Origin: Rickettsiales bacterium
Lineage (GTDB): Bacteria > Pseudomonadota > Alphaproteobacteria > Rickettsiales > RI-342
DNA: 64,000 bases
NCBI GenBank assembly: GCA_044368015.1
Contig: JBIPLF010000003.1
Coordinates: 8,659-72,658 of the forward strand
Direction: 5' to 3'
The translations under genes were made by a program, and so were the position numbers. This document shows, in pieces, positions 26,760 through 33,677 of the stretch (position 1 is its first letter; each line of letters starts with the position of its first letter). Under the pieces are notes generated by a model. The model was not told the DNA's origin, made no database searches, and saw nothing but the letters and a program-made list of their open reading frames with translations.

Positions 26760-29377
26760 TTATAGATAAGGTGGCCAACGATATTCATGAATCGGATGAA
26801 TTCCAAAACCTCTATAAAAATCTTCTTACAAAAGAATTACATAATATTCTTCATTTGGAACCAAGCATAATAGGTACGCTTTCTGAAGATGATCTGGATA
26901 CTCTCTTAGAATGTGCCATTATTTATGCTACAGTAGATGACGATAGCGCTGACGCCGCGAAATACCATGACATTGCCTATCGCATAGCAATTCTTCTGAG
27001 TCATTATTACGGAGAATATACCGCTTCTAATGAAGCGGAGCTATATTTGGTGTTTTCTCGGTTAGGACGTTATCCAATTGCGGCGCAGTATTTTAATGCA
27101 CGGGACACCGCTATACACGACTCATTACCAATTTTTCTATTCGGGCCAGCCGAATTTTCTAGAAAACTGAATACGATTAAAATAGGAGAGCAGCAGTATA
27201 TTCTAACAAATTTCCAAAAGAAGTTTTGGAATCGTATACATAATAGCAAACAGTTGGCCATTTGCGCCCCCACTTCCGCAGGCAAAAGTTTTATTCTGAC
27301 TCAATATCTTGTTTCAGAGTATTTTGCACACGAATCCAATTTTATAGCGGTATATGTGGTTCCTACTAATGCTCTAATAAATGAGGTATCTGACAATATT
27401 TTGGAGTGTTCTAAGCGTAATTTTAGGGAAAGGCCAGCCCTCTACACTACAGGTGTCGATACGAGTGAAGTTGCTAACCGCAAAGCGGTGTATGTGCTGA
27501 CCCAAGAAAAACTTTCCAGCCTTATAGCAAAGATGAGAGATAGGGAGGAGCCACAAGACTTTAATGTAGATTTGTTGATCGTGGACGAAGCCCAGATTAT
27601 CGCAGATGGTGAGCGCGGCGGAATTACCAAAAATGTGATTGAAGACTTACTATCCAATAACGAAAACACCCATATAGTTTTAGGTTCTCCTCCTGTTCAA
27701 AATTTAGAAGGTTATGCAAAATTCTTTGAACTTAAAGAGCTTACCACATACCCCGAAACAATAAATCCCGTGGCGAAGAACCTAATACGCATTCACAAAA
27801 AGAAAGGTAGTACCACTAAATTTGATGTTACCGTAAGTTTTGGGAGCACTTTCTTATCGCGGAACTCTTTGGAAATTAATGGTATTACTCTTGGCTCTGT
27901 ATATAAGTGTTTAGCTGGCTTTGCCATGAAATATGGGCACAAAGATCCTTCCTTGATTTATGCAAGCGTTCCCTCAGATTGTATAAAAATTGCCGGAGTA
28001 ATTGCTGAAAGCGATACTCAAGCCCCTATAGCAAACGCCAATATTGAAGAATTTAGCCAGTTTATAACAGACTATATACATCCAGAATTTAAGCTAGCAG
28101 AGTATATCAAGAAAGGAGTTGGATTCCATTTTGGCGCTCTCCCTCTTGTCGTAACAAAACAGCTTGAGGAAAAGTTTCGTAACCGCGATTTTCCGTATTT
28201 AGCTTCCACTAGCACATTGTTGCATGGCGTTAATTTGCCCGCAAAAAACTTGTTTCTGTGTAGGCCAAAGAAAGGAAAAAGCGAGCCGCTCGATAATATT
28301 GAGTTCTGGAATTTAATAGGGCGTGCTGGGCGGCTCGGCAAAGATTTTCAAGGAAACGTCTTTGTAATAGAAAATGAGAACGAAACAGAGGATTCTCCTC
28401 TATGGTCTACCGAGTACATCGCCAGCGAAGGAACACAAACGATAGAATCCGCCTTGGATAAATGCCTAAAACTTAATCCTGAAACCCAAAAAAGCGACCT
28501 AGGTTTGTATCTTGATGAGGTAATTCGCAGTGACAAAATACCCGAAGCCCGGAGAGGAGTAGAGAATGTTTTTTCTCAACTCCTATATTATCAAAGAAAG
28601 GGACGCCTAAAACAATCTCTGGAAAGGTCAACGCTGCTATTGGATGAGCATGAAATAGGCTCTATTATGGCAAGCATCCAGTCGATTTCTAATGGTCTTA
28701 CTGTCGATTCTGATCTTTTAGATGGACATCGGGATATTTCACCACTTCGAATACAGCGGTTATACGACAGATTATCTGAATTAGCTGCCAATAACGAAAT
28801 TGCAGGTACAAATAGGATACCTAAGCACCCGACAGACAATAAAAATAGCCAAGCATATAAGAGTCTCGAAACCATCTTTTTTTCTCTATTCAAATATTTT
28901 GGGGTTGGGGGGAACAATGCGAGGCAAAGTACGTTTGCAACGATTGCGTTCAAATGGATGGAGGGGGAGAATTATAACGTACTTGCAAGGGAATATGTGG
29001 AAAACTCAGATTTTGGTAGCGAGGATACTACGACGAAAATTCATAACTTCTTTTCTGTTTTACAAAGAGAAATTAGTTATGAATATGCGAAATATATGCG
29101 CTGCTACATTAGCGTTTTAGAACTTGTGAATTATGAGGCGGAAACTCCTTTTTTACATGAGAACGCGCACATTGCTCCACTGCATAGTTATTTAGAAGAT
29201 GGTACATACATCACTTCACAGCTGTCTTTGATTAAGAATGGGCTGTCTCGAATGTCGGCGATTGAAGTTTATCGTATTCTACAGAATCAGTTGGGAACAA
29301 ATGCAGAGCTTGCTGAAACAAAAGCTACCGTGCGGAGTAAGGCCGCTGTCTTAAAAAGAGAAAGGCCGCTGTCTTAA
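26756..29377 (+). CDS. Large SF2 helicase, HamB-like
   Basis: Motif I CAPTSAGKSF, motif II LLIVDEAQ, motif V-like ASTSTLLHGVNLPA and motif VI IGRAGRLGKD, with about 170-aa N-terminal and about 300-aa C-terminal extensions. Confidence 0.75.
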   Translation: MIIDKVANDIHESDEFQNLYKNLLTKELHNILHLEPSIIGTLSEDDLDTLLECAIIYATVDDDSADAAKYHDIAYRIAILLSHYYGEYTASNEAELYLVFSRLGRYPIAAQYFNARDTAIHDSLPIFLFGPAEFSRKLNTIKIGEQQYILTNFQKKFWNRIHNSKQLAICAPTSAGKSFILTQYLVSEYFAHESNFIAVYVVPTNALINEVSDNILECSKRNFRERPALYTTGVDTSEVANRKAVYVLTQEKLSSLIAKMRDREEPQDFNVDLLIVDEAQIIADGERGGITKNVIEDLLSNNENTHIVLGSPPVQNLEGYAKFFELKELTTYPETINPVAKNLIRIHKKKGSTTKFDVTVSFGSTFLSRNSLEINGITLGSVYKCLAGFAMKYGHKDPSLIYASVPSDCIKIAGVIAESDTQAPIANANIEEFSQFITDYIHPEFKLAEYIKKGVGFHFGALPLVVTKQLEEKFRNRDFPYLASTSTLLHGVNLPAKNLFLCRPKKGKSEPLDNIEFWNLIGRAGRLGKDFQGNVFVIENENETEDSPLWSTEYIASEGTQTIESALDKCLKLNPETQKSDLGLYLDEVIRSDKIPEARRGVENVFSQLLYYQRKGRLKQSLERSTLLLDEHEIGSIMASIQSISNGLTVDSDLLDGHRDISPLRIQRLYDRLSELAANNEIAGTNRIPKHPTDNKNSQAYKSLETIFFSLFKYFGVGGNNARQSTFATIAFKWMEGENYNVLAREYVENSDFGSEDTTTKIHNFFSVLQREISYEYAKYMRCYISVLELVNYEAETPFLHENAHIAPLHSYLEDGTYITSQLSLIKNGLSRMSAIEVYRILQNQLGTNAELAETKATVRSKAAVLKRERPLS

Positions 29378-29384
29378 AAAGAGA
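29339..29384 (+). repeat. Perfect 23-bp tandem duplication (AAGGCCGCTGTCTTAAAAAGAGA x2) at the 3' end of the helicase gene
   Basis: The two copies at 29339-29361 and 29362-29384 are identical. The second copy shifts the frame and creates the stop at 29375. Confidence 0.95.
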
Positions 29385-29519
29385 GTTGCATCCGTACTTT
29401 TATAGCGAGGTAGCTAAAATCTTTGATTTGCAGTAGCGAGCAAAGCTAACCGCGCACATTCCTTTACTTTAATCCCTGCACCCCATATTATTGCCGGTGG
29501 AGTAGCGTGTTGCTGCTCT

Positions 29520-29707
29520 GGGGCTAGTTACCCCTTATCGAAAGCGTTTTCGCTGAACACGATAGTTCGGCTCCCATGCCTATGGCTGGGAGTCTGCCGA
29601 ATACAATAGCGGCTTGCCGTGAATAAGGCAGGCACGATCTTTCGACGTGTAACTAGCTCCCAGTCACCAGTCTGTTTTCCGGCCATACCGGCAAAGCCGC
29701 TGGTGAC
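29520..29707 (+). ncRNA. Unclassified highly structured region (candidate ncRNA or 5' leader)
   Basis: A 12-bp closing helix (29520-29531 with 29649-29660) and a 7-bp helix (29538-29544 with 29639-29645) enclose hairpins at 29569-29594 and 29612-29633. An 8-bp-closed long hairpin follows at 29663-29707. G-U pairs occur only if the plus strand is transcribed. Confidence 0.45.
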
Positions 29708-29739
29708 TTACGTTTGAAAACCAAATGTAGGGAGCCTGT

Positions 29740-29976
29740 ATGGAGCAATATGATATTTGGGCGGATGCCCTGAACAAATTTTCCCAGCTTACGCCGTGGG
29801 TGCAGGTGGCTATCTGCCTTGGCCTATGCGCGGTGGTGCTGGGAGTGGCCTATTTCGTGAAGGAAATCGTGGCTGTGGTGATGTCGCCGTTTAAGAAGCC
29901 AGAGGAACCGAAAGAGCCGAAGAAAGAGTGGCGGGATAAATGGTATCGCGGAGATGAAGCGGAAAAGAACCTCTGA
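29740..29976 (+). CDS. Small single-pass membrane protein with a highly charged C-terminal tail
   Basis: GGGAG lies upstream of the ATG. TM segment WVQVAICLGLCAVVLGVAYFV is followed by KKPEEPKEPKKEWRDKWYRGDEAEK. Confidence 0.5.
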   Translation: MEQYDIWADALNKFSQLTPWVQVAICLGLCAVVLGVAYFVKEIVAVVMSPFKKPEEPKEPKKEWRDKWYRGDEAEKNL

Positions 29977-30075
29977 TAACGCCTTTTCCTTAAACAGTTT
30001 TCCCTCGTTTATATAGACAAATAGCTAGGTTGCTGGCATTGTGTGGAGCTATCGAAACCATGATAGCAAAGCACC

Positions 30076-31128
30076 GTGCAACATGCGGAGGCCTATGTTG
30101 AGGCCATAAGAAAAAGCGGATTTTCCATATACGATCCCATCGAGGTGGGCGCCCCCACGCTATGGATACCCAGCCCTGAACTCGAATATCTGCTGAATAA
30201 CCGCCTGAAAGGAATTTCCCTCGCCGGACTTCCGCTGCGTACGCGCTCGAAAATCGTGAAAGAGCATGTGTGCAAAGCGCTCGGCTACCCCGTTCCCGCC
30301 TCTTTTAAGAAGACCCAGCCACGCTTTTCTGGCCAGTTCTTCGATACCTATATCCAGAAATCGAACAATTTGCAGGTGTGGAACGAGGAGCTTTCGCCCA
30401 CGCGCCGCTACGTTATTATCCGCGTGTCGCCCGAAGATATGATCGTAAGGGTGCGGGTAATAACGGGGGATAGCCTTTCCTTGCTGGATACCACGGGAAC
30501 GCTGACCCAGAAATTTCAGGCTCGCTTGGTTCCTGGCGATAAGGATGCGGAGCTAATCGCCGAGCAAGATACCGCGCTGCTGACGCCGCACGTCCATGAA
30601 TCCGTAGGGTTAGCGCATAAAGCAAATCCCACCGACCATCCTGACGGGAGAACGCTGCTGTCGATAAAGTCCGTTTATAAAAAACTGCATTCCTTGGTGG
30701 GTGCGGGCTTCCCCGATGCGGGCATCGACCAAGAACGCAACCGTGGCGCGGCGCTCCATCGGCTGGTATGCGAAAAGCTGGGTTATAGCAGCTACCAAGA
30801 TGACGGCCAGTTCCCCGATGTGCGAAACCAGCTATTGGAAGTGAAGCTGCAAACCTCTCCGACTATCGACCTCGGCTTGGTATGCCCAGACTGCACGGAC
30901 GCGCTGGACGTTCCCCAAATAGGCGGGGCGCAGATACGGCATTGCGACGTGCGCTATGCGCTGTTTTATGCCGTGATCGAGAATGGCACGGTACGGATTA
31001 CCCACTTTTACCTGACCACAGGCGAGCGGTTCTTTACGCGCTTTCCCAAATTCGGAGGGAAGGTACTGAACAAGAAATTGCAGATTCCATTACCCTCGAA
31101 CTTCTTTGACGGGCAATCCGAAAGCTGA
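30076..31128 (+). CDS. Candidate type II restriction endonuclease, MutH/Sau3AI-like PD-(D/E)xK
   Basis: FPDVRNQLLEVKLQ has the same D-x6-E-x-K spacing as the MutH catalytic D70/E77/K79 (DFEALGVELK). It is convergent with, and overlaps, a methyltransferase gene. Start is GTG. Confidence 0.6.
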   Translation: MQHAEAYVEAIRKSGFSIYDPIEVGAPTLWIPSPELEYLLNNRLKGISLAGLPLRTRSKIVKEHVCKALGYPVPASFKKTQPRFSGQFFDTYIQKSNNLQVWNEELSPTRRYVIIRVSPEDMIVRVRVITGDSLSLLDTTGTLTQKFQARLVPGDKDAELIAEQDTALLTPHVHESVGLAHKANPTDHPDGRTLLSIKSVYKKLHSLVGAGFPDAGIDQERNRGAALHRLVCEKLGYSSYQDDGQFPDVRNQLLEVKLQTSPTIDLGLVCPDCTDALDVPQIGGAQIRHCDVRYALFYAVIENGTVRITHFYLTTGERFFTRFPKFGGKVLNKKLQIPLPSNFFDGQSES

Positions 31129-32838
31129 CCATACGAGTTGATCTATCTCTCTTTCGATACGGGTGCTTTCGTCGAGGCACGAGCATTCGTACGCTTGCTT
31201 GCTAAGCTGGATAATCCGTTTTGAGGTTTCCTGCATGGGGTAGGGCAGCGGAAACTCCTCGACATACTGGGTAATAAAGCGCCGCCTTCCGGCATAGAGC
31301 TTGTTATTAAAGCGATGGTCGTAAAACGCCTCGATAAAGGAGGAGTTAGCTACCCCCACCGCCAGCCACAGATCGTTGAGCGATTCGTTATCCTGCGCGG
31401 CCAACCAATAGCAGTCTCCGTTTACCACACCGCCGGACTGGTCGATCCAGAAAGTGGGGCGCTCGGAAATATCGCGGAACACCAGCTTTGGCAAATCCCA
31501 GCAAGAAGGGTCTTGCGGCACCCAGATTTCGTACCATGCACGGCCAGCCTCGATAACATATTTCCGGCTCTCCAGCGTTGCTCTGTGCTGTTCCAGATAA
31601 GCGGCGGATTTGGGATGCTGCGCCAGATTGACCGCTTGTTTTTTGCCGTTCGCGGATTCGTGCGGGTAAAGGATTTGCTTCTGCTTACCTGTGGTCTTTG
31701 CCTTAAAGCGTCCAGCGATATGGTGCGTAATAAGGTTACGTAATAATTCCGGCTGTTCCTCGTGCGGTAGCTCGCTCCAGTCCGAGCGGATAAACACCTT
31801 ATCCGCACAGGTTTTTACGCCGACACGGATTTTACCAATGTCCGAGAATCTCTTATGCGTATGCGCGGTAACGCACTCCATCCATTGGTCTGTGTGCGTA
31901 CAGGAAATCCGCCAGACGGAATCGGCACTACCGTTTATATCCAACGCCCCATGCTTTACCGCGAAACTTCTGCCATCCTTAACCGTTACGATCCCCGTGT
32001 TCTTAAGAGCCTCTAGCGGGTTAGCGGCAATCGTGTCTCCAGAATCCTTTGTCTGGTAAATCGAGGAAAATTGGGGGACAGGACTTTCCCGCTTTCCTTT
32101 GCCGCTAAGTAGGAGAACAGCCGGAAGCACGGCCACATCGAAAAGTTTGGTATCGCCCAAATCCCAGACATGCTCGACATTGATTTCGTCGCGCAGGACT
32201 TTCCGAATGGAAGCGCCGGATTTCGTCGTCATGAAACGATTAGATACGATAACCCCCGCCACCCCATCGGGAGCCAGCACACGCGAGATACCCAGCAGGA
32301 ACGGGTAATACAAATCCATCCGTCCCGAGAGATTGAATTGCTGCATAAGCTGGCGGGACTGTTCTCCACCAAGAATTTGCGTCCTAACGTAAGGTGGATT
32401 GGCAATAACCAGATCGAAGGAGTCCGTTTCCTGCGAATTATGGAATAGATCGTGGCTTCCGTAGTGGTTATCCAAAATATAATCGAGGAAACTGGAGCAG
32501 GTGAAATCCAGCGCCACATTCGGAAAACGAGCAGCTATGCGGGATTCCGCCACCGCTAAAGCAGATTCGTCCGTCTCGAACCCACAAACCGTTATCGCGC
32601 ACTCTGCCTCTCCCTCCAACTGTTCGAGAATGCTTAGGAGTAATTCGCCTTCGCCGATGGCAGGGTCGAGAATGCGTAGGTGCTTCTTACTGCCCGTGGC
32701 GTAGGAAGAAAGCATCTGGTGTGCCACAAAATCGGCCAGAACTTTAGGGGTATAGGCGACCCCCCCCGTCTTTGCTTCCGTGGCGGCTCCATAGCGTCTT
32801 AGCGTATTTTGTTCCGGTTCTTTAACATCTAATTCCAT
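31090..32838 (-). CDS. N6-adenine DNA methyltransferase (gamma class, Eco57I-type catalytic domain with TaqI_C-like specificity domain)
   Basis: Motif I LRILDPAIGEGELL, motif IV LVIANPPY, and a C-terminal GDCYWL...RRRFITQYVEEFPLP. Confidence 0.88.
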   Translation of the reverse strand: MELDVKEPEQNTLRRYGAATEAKTGGVAYTPKVLADFVAHQMLSSYATGSKKHLRILDPAIGEGELLLSILEQLEGEAECAITVCGFETDESALAVAESRIAARFPNVALDFTCSSFLDYILDNHYGSHDLFHNSQETDSFDLVIANPPYVRTQILGGEQSRQLMQQFNLSGRMDLYYPFLLGISRVLAPDGVAGVIVSNRFMTTKSGASIRKVLRDEINVEHVWDLGDTKLFDVAVLPAVLLLSGKGKRESPVPQFSSIYQTKDSGDTIAANPLEALKNTGIVTVKDGRSFAVKHGALDINGSADSVWRISCTHTDQWMECVTAHTHKRFSDIGKIRVGVKTCADKVFIRSDWSELPHEEQPELLRNLITHHIAGRFKAKTTGKQKQILYPHESANGKKQAVNLAQHPKSAAYLEQHRATLESRKYVIEAGRAWYEIWVPQDPSCWDLPKLVFRDISERPTFWIDQSGGVVNGDCYWLAAQDNESLNDLWLAVGVANSSFIEAFYDHRFNNKLYAGRRRFITQYVEEFPLPYPMQETSKRIIQLSKQAYECSCLDESTRIEREIDQLVWSAFGLPVKEVRG

Positions 32839-33137
32839 GCAGCCAACTATAACTACTTCCTTCGTAAAGAGCTACCATTGCACACAGAAATTTCCTGTGC
32901 CGTAATTTATACCCCCGATAACCCGCTAAAACCCTAGGGTTTTTACTAAAGCCGTCTGCCAGCGTCCCAGAACGCGGGGTTTAGGGCGGGTAGCCTTACC
33001 CCTTGTAGGTTATGCGATAGGACTCCACGACAAACTGCGGAGGCCGTTTTTTGGCATAAAGGCTAAAAACAGTGGTGGAGAGCGTAAAAACCTATTCGTT
33101 ACCCGTAAACCCCGCCTACAGCGCCTAAAGCGACTAA

Positions 33138-33299
33138 ACCTTATTGCAGGTATGAGGCATCCGATATGGCGACCCCAGACCTTATTGCGGATATTTTGGA
33201 AGCCGTTGCTATAGCAGGATATTTTTGGCCTCTGGTGGCGCTGAACCTTATTGCGGTGGTTGGTATTTTGGAAGATGGCGGCGAAAGACTTATTATAAC
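33138..33299 (+). repeat. Direct repeats of ACCTTATTGC(A/G)G (33138, 33179, 33245) plus ACTTATTATAAC, candidate integrase arm-type sites at the right end
   Basis: The same ACCTTATT core occurs three times at the left end (19761, 19772, 19813) and twice at 33467-33489. Confidence 0.6.
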
Positions 33300-33321
33300 T
33301 AATTGAAATTCCAGTGTTAAA

Positions 33322-33398
33322 TGGTGGGGGGTGAGGGACTTGAACCCCCGACAAAGGCGTTATGAGCGCCCTGCTCTAACCAACTGAGCTAACCCCCC
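33322..33398 (-). tRNA. tRNA with CAT anticodon (Met, or Ile2 if lysidine-modified)
   Basis: GGGGGGTTAGCTCAGTTGGTTAGAGCAGGGCGCTCATAACGCCTTTGTCGGGGGTTCAAGTCCCTCACCCCCCACCA has a perfect 7-bp acceptor stem and encoded CCA. Confidence 0.9.
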
Positions 33399-33565
33399 AC
33401 GGGCTTGAAAACTCTACTCATGACTCCGAATCGTTACTACCCATTTCTTCCTGCACACCTTATTATAACCTTATTGCGCTGTGCAACGCCTTCCAGTTTT
33501 TGCCTTCAAAATCACGTCGAAAGCCTTATGCAGTAAGGCCTCTGGCGATTTACCCTTGCGGGGAT

Positions 33566-33613
33566 GACCTAAGCGTTATGAGCGCCCTGCTCTAACCGCT
33601 GAGCTATTCCCCC
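33566..33613 (-). other. Orphan 5' portion of a second tRNA-Met (CAT) gene (acceptor 5' strand through variable loop)
   Basis: GGGGGAATAGCTCAGCGGTTAGAGCAGGGCGCTCATAACGCTTAGGTC, after which tRNA similarity is lost. Confidence 0.8.
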
Positions 33614-33677
33614 TCAGGCGAGAGGTGGAGTATAAAAACAATTGCGGGGTGTCACCAGTGATTTTTGGCGTTCTTCC

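Larger units (their letters stand above)
19585..33398. mobile_element. ~13.8-kb integrative element in tRNA-Met with a P4/satellite-like backbone and defence cargo
   Basis: tRNA-derived direct repeats at both ends, a tyrosine integrase, Xis-like HTH, primase-helicase, an iteron-like array, and an AT-richer cargo (nuclease-helicase pair, R-M). Confidence 0.85.

Noticed and set aside
29440-29740. Structured region as a retron msr/msd, a group II intron remnant or a TnpB/IscB guide RNA
   Set aside because: No reverse transcriptase, intron-encoded protein, TnpB/IscB gene or IS ends lie nearby. No domain V-like motif or a1/a2 inverted repeats typical of retrons were seen.
33010-33354. 114-aa minus-strand ORF
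   Set aside because: It overlaps the tRNA gene and the arm-type repeat region and has no coding-like features.
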